From NCBI RefSeq assembly GCF_036321535.1, contig NC_087437.1, forward strand, positions 86,120,001-86,184,000: a DNA stretch of 64,000 nt, in the 5' to 3' direction. The stretch is from Camelus dromedarius (taxonomy: Eukaryota). The position numbers and the translations under genes were made by a program. Positions 38,500 through 50,101 of this stretch are shown here, piece after piece; positions within the stretch are counted from its first letter, which is position 1; each line of letters starts with the position of its first letter. A model generated the notes under the pieces. It searched no databases, had not been told where the DNA came from, and was given only the letters and a program-made list of their open reading frames with translations.

Positions 38500-39365
38500 C
38501 ATTTAACATTTAAGGAATACTGAACAGCTATGATGTACCAGGTACTCTCTTGGTGCCTGGAATCCAAAAGTGAGGAGGGTGAAATGGACAAAAATCCCTG
38601 CACTGAGCTGGGAAAGAGACAAGAAACAATAAGTGTAATAAATATGTGCATGGCATAGTATGTTAGGGGATGACAATGATATCAAAAAATATAAACCAGG
38701 GAAGGGGATTGGAAGGGTCACAGCAGTGAAAGGGATTACAATTTTAAATAGGGAGGACTTATTGAGAAAATGACATTTGAGAAAAAAATGTGGAGGGGAG
38801 GAAATTAATCATGTAGAAATACAAGGAGAGGGTGTTTCTGGCAGAAGAAACAGACTGTGTAAAGGCTAGTGTGTCTAGAGCCTTATGAAGGAGGAGGAGG
38901 AGGACAGAGGACATGACTTCAAAGAGGTAAGGAAGAGGGATGTGTGCCCTTGGAGGCCATTGTGAGGATTTTGCCTTTTACTCTGAATGACACTGGAAGC
39001 CTGTGGGGGATTTTGAGCAGAGAAGTAACATGACTTCCAATGTGCTGTACCAGGATCATTCTGGCTGATGTGCAGAGAATAGACTACGTGGTGCAAGGAC
39101 ACCAGCCAGAGACCAGGAAGCTGCTGCAACAATCCTGATGAAAGATAAGTGTCCTATGCATCAGGGCGAGGGTGGCAGGTCGTGGAGAAGGTGGCAAGAA
39201 GAAGTTGGCCTGCAGACGGATTCTGAAGGAAGAAATGAAAGTAGTTTCTGACTGGGCTGGTTGTAAAAGCAACAGAAAAGAAATGGATCATTCCAACACT
39301 GGGTTAGCCTGGGCAACTGGAAAGATAAATATGCCATTTGCCATAATGGGGAAGACTGGTAGAGG
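38500..39365 (-). mobile_element. L2a-like LINE 3' portion
   Basis: Tail 'catttaacatttaaggaatactgaacagctatgatgtaccagg'; body 'aggattttgccttttactctgaatgacactggaagcc...ttttgagcagagaagtaacatgac...ggatcattctggctg'. Confidence 0.85.
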
Positions 39366-39949
39366 TAATGAATGCCACATCATAAAATTTACGTAGTGAA
39401 ATATTCCTCTGTGTTTTGAATTTGCCTCTTTGATGCTAAGACTTGAAGTAATCACTCCCTTCCTTGTCATAAGCATTGCAGCATTCTTGAAGTAAACTCA
39501 TACACAGAATTTCATTTGTTTTGATTTTGATAACCATTTTTTTAGAAAGGCAGAAAGGATATTATTTCTCATGGAACAGATGAGATGACTGGGGCTTAGG
39601 AAAAGTATGAGATTAACTTAAGGCCCCAATGTGGTTAGAATTGTACGTTTTAACACTGGGTATTTTGTCTCTTTATCTAGTGTACTTTAGACCCTATCAT
39701 GCGTTCCAAGAATTGGGGCAGGGCAAGATGACTTCAGAACCATGCAGTCCAAACCCTTCTAAATTTTACCTTAAGAAACTCAAAGAGTCCAAGTCACCTG
39801 TTCTCTGCTACTCCTTTTTGGGGTCTGAAATCTTTCTGAAACTCCCAGAAGACTTTAGGTGAGACTCCATTTTGGTATGCTGAAGGACTAATGTACTCTG
39901 TTTTTCACTGAGGAGAATGCCCAGTGGGGTAGGAAGGAAACCAGAAGAG

Positions 39950-40700
39950 AGCGATGCTCTGAAAGTCAACTGAAGATAGTGTACAAGGAAGGGAGCTATC
40001 TACTGCACCAACGGTGGCAACTGAGCAAGAAAGATGAGTCCTGAGAATTGAACTGGCCATTGGTTTAGCAATAGGACAACCACTGGGGACCTAGACAAGA
40101 GCAGCTTCAGAGTAGTGGTGGTGGGAAAAGCCTGACTGGAGAAGTTAAATGTGAAGAGGGAAGAAACCTGGAGGCAGCAAGGAGCTTATTACAAACCAGA
40201 GCAGAAAAATGGAGTCAGGAGAAAAATATTTCTTATTCTCTTTCTCTCTCTCTTTTTTTTTTAAGATGGGAGTGAAAAGCGGTTTGTGTGTTATTGGGAA
40301 TAGCCTAGTTAAAAAGAAAAACTGGCAAAGTAGAAGACAGTGGTAAGAATCACAGAGGTAATGTCCTTGAGTGGGCAAGAGGGAAGGAAACTAGTGCCCA
40401 AGGGGAGGGACTGACTTTAGGATGAGATGTGTTTTGTTCTTCTGTGTAACAGGTGAGAAAATAAAGTATGCAGATACAAAGGCTGCTAGGCAGGTAGATA
40501 AGCGGAAGTGTGTGGAGGTTTTCTTTGAGTGCTTTTGAGTGTGCACTGACTTAGGAAAAAGGTCATATGCAGAAAGTGAGGATGAGGAAGGAGGAACTGG
40601 AGGTTAGAGAAGAAGAAATGGTATCAAACAGTCATCTAAAAGATTGGGAGAATGAATGAACTAGGCAAAGATAGCACAATTGTCAGGGTAAATTTAAAGA
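39950..40700 (-). mobile_element. L2 LINE fragment
   Basis: 'gacctagacaagagcagcttcagagtagtggtggtgggaaaagcctgactgga'. Confidence 0.7.
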
Positions 40701-41130
40701 TGTATTTGATGTGCCTGATCCAGGGCCATGGGAGTGTCCACAGTCCAGGGTGGGTTGCCCAGATACACCCAAGGTTCCCTGTGTGCTCAATAAATGGTAG
40801 TTATTATCACTGTGCTATCTGAAAGCACCTTCTCCCTTAATAGAGGTATTAGAGAACACTGAATTATCTACCTGAAAAATTGCTTGACATATTTTTTTAG
40901 GCAGAAATTTAAGAATTTCCTCTTTAATGTCCGATTACTTGGCATTTCCATAATCCTTTATATTTGCAAATTGCTCCACAGTCATGCTCATTATGTATGC
41001 TTCACCATCTCTGATGTATGCACAGAATAAAATCAAGTTAAGTAAATCACAGGAGGCGTAATACTTCATTCAGTTAGTACTTGGCAGCAGGTTACAGGTA
41101 AGAATTACCCATCCTGGATTCAACAGTTTA

Positions 41131-41940
41131 CAGCAACATTTCCTCAAAGTACATTTGAGGAATACATATCATTCCTGTGGACCATTCATCCCAACAGAGG
41201 CTCCATGAGTCAAGAGTTCTAAGGTCAGATAAGAGTGGGAACTGCATGTGATATATCCCACTCTTAGACCATCACAACATGCATTAGCATCTTTGAGAAG
41301 CCTCGTGTTAAAGAGATCTGCTTAACTTATCTCACCTAGAATTTCTGAGGCTTATTTGACCACAAAATTCTACTTTTATGGGTGGATGTAGCAGTCATTG
41401 ATAGGGTCAATTCCCACGTCCATTCATCCCTTCCTCCTTGGCAGGAATTCCAGTTGTATCTGGACACACTGCTGCTTAGCCAATGGGTCTTGTTTCCTAG
41501 CTCCCCTTGCTATCAGTCCTGGTCATGTAACAAAGTCCTAAACAATAAGGTGTAAGTGGAAATGATATGTGTGACAACCTAGAAATAGCCTTAAAGGTAA
41601 GGAGCACTCCTTTCTTTGCATCACCCCCCTTCCTCTATTTGGCAGGCCAGAATGCAGAGTGCCGGCTACAGCTTTAGCAGTTGAACCAGCAGGAGGCTCA
41701 TATAAGACAAGAAAACTGCAAGACAGCTGGAACTTGGCTTCTCAACCACACTGGCTACACAGTGCCTACCTCCAGACTCTCTTTAAGTGGAAGACAAATA
41801 ATCTTCAGTCTTGTATACAGCACTGTTCTTTTGTTTTTGTTTTTTTCTGTTACTCAAGACTAAAACCGTAACTAATACAGTATAACACCTACCATTATCT
41901 CATAGAACGGTGTCCTTCAGAGGACACTTTGAGAAGTGCC
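41131..41940. mobile_element. MER103-like hAT-Charlie element split by an LTR
   Basis: Left part 'catttcctcaaagt...gcattagcatc...tgagaagcc...cttatttgaccaca'; right part 'aacacctaccattatctcatagaac...gacactttgagaagtg'. Confidence 0.6.
41387..41879 (+). mobile_element. LTR33/LTR16-like ERVL solo LTR
   Basis: TG...CA termini (tgtagcag ... ctaataca); 'tttcctagctccccttgc...ggtcatgtaacaaagtcct...gtaagtggaaatgatatgtg'; degenerate 5-bp TSD gtgga/gtata. Confidence 0.8.
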
Positions 41941-42099
41941 AGTCTAAATTCAGCCACTGAATCGTCAGGCTTCTTTCCCCTCAACAAGTACATCTTTAAG
42001 TCCAAACACATGGAATCTTCACTGATGTCTGAAACTTACATTTCATTCCAAATATCTCAAACAAAAGGCATCAGGAAACTGGAAAAAGCAATGGCTTTT

Positions 42100-42296
42100 G
42101 TCAAAAAGGAAACATTCAAATCCCAACTCTGCTTCTTGACCTCAGACAAGTACTCTAAAAATCTCGTCTCAAGTCTCCCTGAAGGCATAGTAGAAATAGT
42201 ATATTCTCTGCTTTACATAGTTGTTATAATGGTTAATGAAATATATGCCTCCCCCAAAATAACCCTGAAAGTTATGCAGCATACTACACAAAATCT
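42100..42296 (+). mobile_element. MIR SINE (tail resumes at about 43325-43345)
   Basis: 'ttcaaatcccaactctgcttcttgacctcagacaagt...catagttgttataatggttaatga'; the tail 'tactgctattgttatt' lies after the LTR. Confidence 0.5.
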
Positions 42297-43324
42297 TGTC
42301 ATAGGGAAGAACAAATCTGACTCCATACTGGATCTGTTTCTTTTACTTTACCCTTGTGTTAGGTAGTTAGAGAAATGGGGGCACTGGGCAGATAGGTGGA
42401 GGAGAGGGAGGAAGGTCTGAAAGATGGTGTTATGCCTGCCTCCAGCAATAAGGGGCTTTACCTCCTTTAAATGAGTGCCAGCAAGCAACAGGTTAGAACC
42501 CAATAGCTGCAACTGTGTAGTAGCAAGAAGGACTTTACCGGACATGACCCAATGCTCACTGCAATACAATTAGCGTTGTGGTTTAGGTGCCCCCCTCCAT
42601 GGGTTTTTCTGTCTGCATCATGAGTGAGGACTAAGCACTCCAGGGACCAGAACCATCAATCAAAAGACCACCTCTAACCAAGGGTATAAGAGGAGGGACA
42701 GACAGAGACCACTGCTCTTCCCCCCTTGGATCAGCCCGCCTTCTGTTCTTGGAGGTTTACTTTTCCTTTTCTAAATAAATCCTTCAAAATCTCTTGCTGC
42801 ACAACGCACTGTCTCCCATCTGTATTCTTATCTTTCGGTAAGATGAGAACTGGGGTCTCTTCCCTTCCCCTTCTGGGGTACTCTCCTGCCTTTGCTGCAA
42901 GTTAATCACTAAAGGAAGGTTGCCTATAGCTTAAACCATACATAACGGCCCATCTCCAGGAACCCTGCCCCAATATCTGAGCGTTAAGCTAAAACATCTT
43001 TGGTTAGCTCCCAGGAAACATCCTGACCAGGCCCACCTGTGAATGGCTACAGGAAAGAAGAATTTTAACACATCCCCTCTGAAGTCCAGCCTGACAGAAC
43101 CAGGAAATAATCTGCAGCAACTTACCTCCTTTTTTAATTTACTTCCTCACTATCCCCTCTCTGTACCATAAGAGAAACTAGCATTGAAACCTGGGCAAGA
43201 TGGTTCTTTAGGACATTAGTCTGCCATCTTCTTGGTCTGCTGGCTTTCAGAATAAAGTTACCATGTCTTGCCCCAACACCTCGTCTCTCAGTTGATTGGC
43301 CTGTCGTGCTTGGACTTGGTAACG
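42297..43324 (+). mobile_element. MER41-like (cetartiodactyl-type) ERV1 solo LTR, interrupted by a second LTR
   Basis: Start 'tgtcatagggaagaacaaatctgactccatactggatctg'; end 'caagatggttctttaggacattagtctgccatcttc...aataaag...ttgccccaacacctcgtctctc...ttggtaacg'; flanks atct/aact. Confidence 0.8.
42357..42879 (+). mobile_element. Younger ERV solo LTR nested in the MER41-like LTR
   Basis: Starts 'tgttaggtagttag'; TATAAG at 42685-42690; AATAAA at 42774-42779; U5-like 'tattcttatctttcggtaagatgagaac'. The 3' CA and TSD are not clearly visible. Confidence 0.7.
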
Positions 43325-44729
43325 AACTTACTGCTATTGTTATTCCACCATACCACAGGGAACTGCCATCCCAAACCTACTGATGTGTGAGTGTGTATAC
43401 TGGGCTCTCTCACATCATTCCCATAGGTGTCACTTCTCCTCGGTGTCACTTCTCAGTGGGCAGGTAAATATGATAGGCTCCTTGGTCCCATTCCAATGCA
43501 AATTCTAAGTGCAGATGGCATTCTTAGAATTTTAAGTCTAGGATGGGGCCTTTGGGGGATTTGTTAAGTCTATGTCTCTATATTAAGGTGAGATCACACC
43601 TAAACTATCCTAGAGTTACAAATTTATTAGTTTATAAAGACCTCGAGAGAATAAATTCTAAATCCTCACCTTAAAGCATATATCTGAGGTTTAACAGCCC
43701 TCACTATAAGAAGATTGCTCCCCAGAATTAAATTTAAATTCCTTACCCTAATTTAAATCTCAGGCTACCTTGTGCATACTTTAATAGTCTGCCCAAAGCT
43801 GGTACAATTTGTTCAACATTCACCCTTTATGTGTTTGAAGACAGTTCCTAAGATGATCTTCACAGGAATATTGAGTCTAAAACTCACACTTGCTAAGGCA
43901 ACTGTTGTTTCTATATTTTTTAAAAAATCATTCAAGATACCCAACTCACTGATGAGGACTTTCATGAACATAATAGAGGTACTTTACTTCTTAAGTTATG
44001 GATATTTAGAAATCTATTTATAAAGAAAAGAGATTGAGTAACAAATTAGCAAATCAAAACATGCTCTAAAGTTAAAATTATCATTTCTAAACTAAGTAGC
44101 AGAAAAAAATAAGACTATTAGTTAAAATAGGTACATACATTATTCAAATTATACAGCTAACTTTTTAAGCTTAAAATAAATGAAAAACAAATGTCTAATT
44201 GATATTCATTTATTCTTGTCACTATATAATCAGAACAGTGCAAACTAGTTTTGTATGGCATTCACAGAGTGTTCCAACATCCTTTACAAAATTAAAATAA
44301 TGCATAATATTAATTTTGTTTGTTTTCAGTTTCTAGGACACGTCTGACATATATTACTGGATGTATTCAGTCTCAATTTGCTATTTTTATTATAAATCCT
44401 GAAGGGTGTTGGTATCACACTCAACAAAATCCATCAAATGATTGATTTTCTTAAGCCAATATGAAATTAGCCCAGTAAAATGAAGTTAGTTAAAAACATT
44501 AATTAAATGTCTATATTTGCTTATCAAAGCTGATCCCCTGTGCACTATTTAACTACATAACTTTGCAGACCTGGTAGCCTCCATTTGTCCCTATTGACAA
44601 AAACCCACCTTTATGAGATCTGAAATGCAAGGAAAATCGTTGAGTCAGAAGTAGGGAAAAGAGGCCAAAAGAGGAGAGTTCCTTCCTCTTTGGTAACCAA
44701 CAAAAGTTAATTTTCATATATAAAGATAT

Positions 44730-46730
44730 TGTGGAGATGAGAGTGAGTTTTTTCAGTTAGAAAAATCAGTTACAAATAAAGAGAAGAAAGAAGGCTAGAA
44801 TAAAATTTGCGGTGGTGGATTGGAATCAGAGGCATCCATACCAGTTTTTAACATAAATATGAATAGGGAGATATAAAAACAAAGACAGATATGTCTGTAT
44901 GCACACATTAATTTACACACACATGTTTCACAGCTCTAGCCACTGAGAGAACCTAGTAGTAATACTGTTCCAGTAGTAATAATGAGACAGGAAGGGAGCA
45001 GGGCACAGCCATTCAAGGAATGCTACAGCAATTAACATCAAAATGGTGAAAGATTAAAACCCCAGTAGGCCTTGAGGCTTAAGATGGTGAGAGATTTGAC
45101 TTCTAGGAGATCTTGAGCTTCATTATACACTCATTGTAATATATTAACATGGTGAATAATATGCCCACAGGCACCATGGCAGTCCCAGGGCTAGCCTCAA
45201 AAGGTCAGAGTGGGAAATGGCCAGCTTCCTGGGAATCCCAGCCCCTTCCCCAGGCTAGTTAGACGGGTCCTTCCACTTATTAGCATATGAAGCTATCAGA
45301 ACCCATAAAAACTGGTAACATGGTGCCTCGAGGCCGCCATGCCTCTCTCTCTCTCTCTCTCCCCCTCCATTTGGCCCACACTCTGTCTATGGAGCGTGTA
45401 CCTACTTTTAATCTGAGCACCCAACCCCCACACCTCGTGGCCTTTTTCTTGCCTTTCAACATATCTCTCTAAATAAATCTACCTTTAGTCAACTATGGCT
45501 CGCTCTTGAATTCTTTCCTGCCCGAAGCCAAGGACCCACACTTGGCAGGGCACGTCCCAGGGGCTCACCCAAAGCCTGGGACATGGCCCTCCTCACGCCC
45601 CACCTCACGCCCCACATCTGTTTTCCTCCATCAGTAAGAATACCTAGCCCCCAGACCTTAGTTTCTAAATACTGTCCTCCATTAAAAGGAAACATGGTTC
45701 TTGGAGGAATAGTGAATTGCAGGACTGGGGCAGGGAAAATACCAGACAATTTTGGATTACATTGAAGTAACAGAAAGAAAATGCTAGAAAATAATGGGAG
45801 CAAATTGAAAATCAACTTGTAGAATTTCAATGGCCAAATATGGGTCAACCTGAACAAAAAAATAAATGATATATTGGATTAATAATTCATAGACCATAGT
45901 GATATAAATAAATAAGTGAATAAATAAATGAGAAAGGTCATCTTTTGTTACAGTTAAATTCTAATTAATAAATGTAGAAGGAATTATGAAAATTAAAAAA
46001 TCACCATTAGGCAAATACCACAGTTATAATTATTTCAGGCAAGAGTCATAGATGGATGCTAAAATTAGTAGATAAAAGTATGATAAGAAATGGGATATTT
46101 GCATAGTTTCAAAATATCTCCTCACAAAATACTTACTAATTACAAACGAAACTAAAACCTTACAGTGGAGAAACCTGGCAGACACCACCTTAACCAAGTG
46201 ACAAAGTTAAAACTGCATAATAAGACCTCATGAATTAAGAAATGTCTTAGTGCTGTACCTCCTGATATGATACACTGAGAAGCTTACAACATTACTTCTG
46301 TAATATCCTTGCTAAAAAAATGCATAACTTGAATTTAATCATGAGGAAATATCAGATAAACCCAAACTGAGTGACAATCTACAAAATAGCTGGTCCATTC
46401 TCTTCAAAATGTCAGGGTCATAAAAGACAAAGAAAAAGCATTATAATAGATTAAAGAAAGCTAACAAAATATAACAACTAAAGGCAAAGTGGGATTCTGC
46501 ATTGAATCTTGGACTAGAAAAGCAGTGTTAGTGGTACAACAGGCAAAACTTAAAAGTCTCTAGATTAATTAATAAGATTACTATATAAGTATTCATTTCT
46601 TGATGTCGTTAATTTTACTGTGATTATACAAGATGTTATCATTAAGAGAATTTGGGTTAGTGGTACATAAGAGCTCTCTGTGCTATGTTTTCAACTTTCA
46701 GCAAGTGTAAGATGATTACAAATGAAAAGC
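44730..46730 (+). mobile_element. L1MC3/4-like 3' region, interrupted by an LTR
   Basis: 'aaggctagaataaa...gtggtggattggaatcagagg', 'acagtggagaaacctggcagacaccaccttaaccaagtg', 'aatcatgaggaaatatcagataaacccaaactgag'. Confidence 0.88.
44980..45633 (+). mobile_element. ERV1-class solo LTR with perfect 4-bp TSD
   Basis: 'taatgagacaggaaggg ... ttttcctccatca' flanked by gtaa (44976-44979) and gtaa (45634-45637); internal AATAAA and U5-like 'ctcttgaattctttcctgcccgaagccaaggaccc'; several CpGs retained. Confidence 0.88.
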
Positions 46731-46794
46731 TAAGTTGTAAGTCCATCTTCATTCCTATCCCCGTGAGCTTCAGTTGACAATACTTTACTTTGTT

Positions 46795-47160
46795 GTTATG
46801 ATTGTCTATTGCTATGAAATAAACCATTCCAATCTTACTGGCATAAAGCAACAATATTTATTATTAAGTCTCATGGTCTGGGTGTTTAATTTGAAAATAT
46901 CTATATTTACAGAAAGTTGCAAAAAAATAGCAAAGAGAGCTTTTATACACTGTTCACTGAATTTCTCCTAATGTTGATATCTTATATAACTATAATACAA
47001 TTAATGACCTCAGAAAATGAACACTGATACAATAATAATACTATTACTATGTCTCATGGTTCTGGGGTGATTGGCCTAGATGAGGTGGTTCTCACACTCA
47101 GTCTTTTATGTGTCTAAGATCAGATAGTTACAGGGGCTGGAGTCATCTGAAAGCTTCAAT
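46795..47160 (-). mobile_element. MLT1 MaLR fragment split by a short antisense L1 3' piece (46885-47041)
   Basis: MLT1 'tctattgctatgaaataaaccattccaatcttactggcataaagcaaca...tctcatgg'; L1 'tttacagaaagttgcaaaaaaatag...tcctaatgttgatatctta'. Confidence 0.7.
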
Positions 47161-47419
47161 TACCATTCCTCCTGCATTTTTAGAAAACAATGATCTACCT
47201 GAACTTTCTTCAACATAAGCATTCTTGATTACACCTATTCTTCATTATAATCATCGTTCTCTCTAACAGCTGCACTCTATGAGTTTGTAAAACATTCTTT
47301 AGATGGAGTATTTGCTTTTGCCTTACAACTAATAATTAAATCAGAAAACTGCACCAAAAGCATTAAATAAAACTAAAGTTAATTCATGATTTTTAAATAT
47401 TATTTATGATTTTTAAAAA

Positions 47420-48490
47420 TACCTTAGCATACAAAAAAAGGCAGACACTTCCTTAATAACAACAAAAATCCTGTAACAAACATAATAGTTAACGAAACTT
47501 TTGATACATTAAAGACAGGAACAATACAAGTTGTTCATTGTTCTAAAAATCTTAGTTAATGTAACAAAGTAAGAAAATTAAATATAAGAAATAATAACTA
47601 CCAGAAATTGATACATTACAAACTGACTATATTTCAATAAAAACAAAAATTTTTTAAAGAAATAATAACTAAGGGAGAGAATTTTTTTCCCTTGAACACC
47701 ACATAACTGTCAACATACAAAAGGAAAGAGTATAAAGAAGTAAACTCTTAGAAATGATAAGAAAGCTCAGTCAATTTTCTGGATGTCAGCATAACATACA
47801 GGAATCAACAGCATTTTATAATTCAGTAATAACAAATTAGTTTTTTTTTAATGCTAAATAATCTTATGAAAAACTTCTAGGTCTCTAGAACCAAATGTAA
47901 CAAAAATAGAAAGGATCAGTATAAAATTATTATAGTATATAAAAAAAACTATTATAGTATATTCCTATAAGCTTTTTAAAAGACCTAAATGAAAAGCAGG
48001 ATACACCATATTCACAGATAGAAACATTCACTCTTCTAATTATGTCGGTTATTCTCCAATTAAGCTTTAAATCAAATGCAATATCATTTTTAAAAAATCT
48101 CAAAATTTTTGTGACTCTTGATCAGCTGATCCTAAAATTTATATGGCCAAAAATAGCTATGGACTTTTTAAGGAACAGCAACAATGTTAATGCAGGTAGG
48201 GAGATCTGGTCTACCAGATATCAAGATTAACTACAAATTCACTGTAATTGAGACAGTATGGAAATGGCCTAAGGACATAAAAGCAGATCAAGGCAACAGA
48301 CTAAAGAAACCAGAAAAAGAGCCACACTTATCTGAAAATTGATCTGTAATAGAAGCGTTATCAATGAGGAATGAGAGACTACAATGAATGGTGCTCAGAA
48401 ACCATTTGGAAATACATAAAATTAGATTCCCTCCTTACTTATTTGTTAGGAATATATTCCAAATGAATTTTGGCCAAATGATTAAAAAGT
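47420..48490 (+). mobile_element. Very old L1 ORF2 fragment
   Basis: 'gatacaccatattcacagatagaaacattca', 'cagctgatcctaaaatttatatgg', 'ctaccagatatcaagatt'; many stops. Confidence 0.8.
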
Positions 48491-49365
48491 TAGACAGTTC
48501 AACAGATATGAGTGTCCAGTCCCACAGGTAAGGAGCTTGGGAGTCACCACTCCAACCTAAAAATAAATACAAAACTGAACAAAATGAAAAATCAACAACT
48601 ATTCATAGACTATCAGAGAAGTGAGATCACAGGACAAACTTCTTCCCTAAAAATTGGAGAGACAGACAGGCAAATACAGAGAATCATGCCTTATCAGAGC
48701 AAAAATCCAAGAGCAGAAACTCCTGCGAGTATCAGTGCTGGGGTAGGAGAAACTGAACTGTAATTGCTGAACTGCTATAGGCAAAATGTAGAAAAGTCTG
48801 AGAGTTAAAAATTTCAGGTAGAATCAGTCATAGGGCATCCCCCACATGTTTGTGAGTTTTACCTACAAGAACTCTACCAGGTTCCCATAATGAACAGTAG
48901 AGAAAATCCACTCATGCTTTTGGCAGAGGGAGGGGAGAAGTAACCATTTTGAAATACAAAACAACATTCTTTTCTGTCCTCCAGAGTAAGTATTTTATCA
49001 GAACTTAATCTGCTGGGTTTTTGCTGGATTTTTTCCAGAGCATAATCTCCTTGGGGTAAGGAAAACAGCCAACTCCAGCTCCATCTAGCCATTCTGTTCC
49101 TAAAGGGGGAAAAAAACCAAGAAGCACTAGACAAGTTCACAGAAAAAAAGAAATACCTAAAATCATTAATCTAAGCTTCTGCCTTCAGAAACTAGAAATA
49201 GCAGATAAAGTTAAAGCCAGTGTAAGCGGAAAAATAATAATGATGAAATTTGAGCAGAAATCAATAGAGTCAAAAGGAGGAAATCAATAGAAAAAAATCA
49301 AGAAAATCAAAAATTGATTCTTTTAGAAGATCAGTAAAATCAGTAAGCCTCTAGCCAGGCTAACT

Positions 49366-49484
49366 AAAAAGAAAGAAAGAGGAAGAAAGAAAGAGGAAGA
49401 AAGAAAGAAAAGAAAAGAAAAGAAAAGAAAAGAAAAGAAAAGAAAAGAAAAGAAAAGAAAAGAAAAGAAAAGAAAAGAAAAGAA

Positions 49485-49536
<52 letters not shown>

Positions 49537-49593
49537 AAAGAAGGAAGGAAGGAAGGAAAAGAGATAAAGCGAGAAAGAAAGAGAGAAAGAAAG
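49366..49593. repeat. Compound polypurine microsatellite, about (GAAAA)16(GAAA)12(GAAG)n
   Basis: About 200 nt of pure A/G inside L1 ORF2. Confidence 0.97.
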
Positions 49594-49652
49594 ATTACTA
49601 ATATTGGAAATGAAATAGGATATATCACTACAGATTCTATAGACATTAAAAG

Positions 49653-50101
49653 AAGCCACTTGCAGCAACATGGATGGACTTGGGGATTGTCATTCTAAGT
49701 GAAGTCAGAAAAAGAAAGAAAAATATCATATGCTATCACTCATATGTGGAATCTAAAAAACATTTTTTGAAAAAGAAGAAAGAGAACACTAATGAACTCA
49801 TTACTAAACAGAAACAGACTTGTAGACATAGTAAACAATATTATGGTTATAGGGGGACCAGGGTGGGAAGGGATAAATTTGGGTGTTGGAGATTTGCAAA
49901 TGTTAACCACTATATATAAAAATAGATTAAAAAACTAGTTTCTTCTGTATAGCATAGGGAATATATTCAATATCTTGTAATAACCTTTAATGAAAAGAAT
50001 ATGAAAATGAATATATGCATATATATGAATGACTGGGATATTGTGCTGTGTACCAGAAACTGACACATTGTAACTGACTATACTTCAACTTTAAAAAAAA
50101 A
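49653..50101 (+). mobile_element. Lineage-specific (camelid-type) L1 3' fragment nested in the old L1
   Basis: 'ttgcagcaacatggatggacttgggg' through 'gactgggatattgtgctgtgtaccagaaactgacacattgtaactgactatacttcaac(T)(A)n'; host ORF2 continues across it (gacattaaaag | aaaaggattacaaaagaatattatgaacaac). Confidence 0.92.

Noticed and set aside
40982..41097. Plus-strand cag|...CAG|gtaaga exon candidate
   Set aside because: Stops in all three frames and a weak pyrimidine tract; cannot be supported without transcripts.
49323..49671. Phe/Ser/Leu-rich minus-strand ORFs that look like membrane proteins
   Set aside because: They are translations of the GAAAA/GAAA microsatellite.
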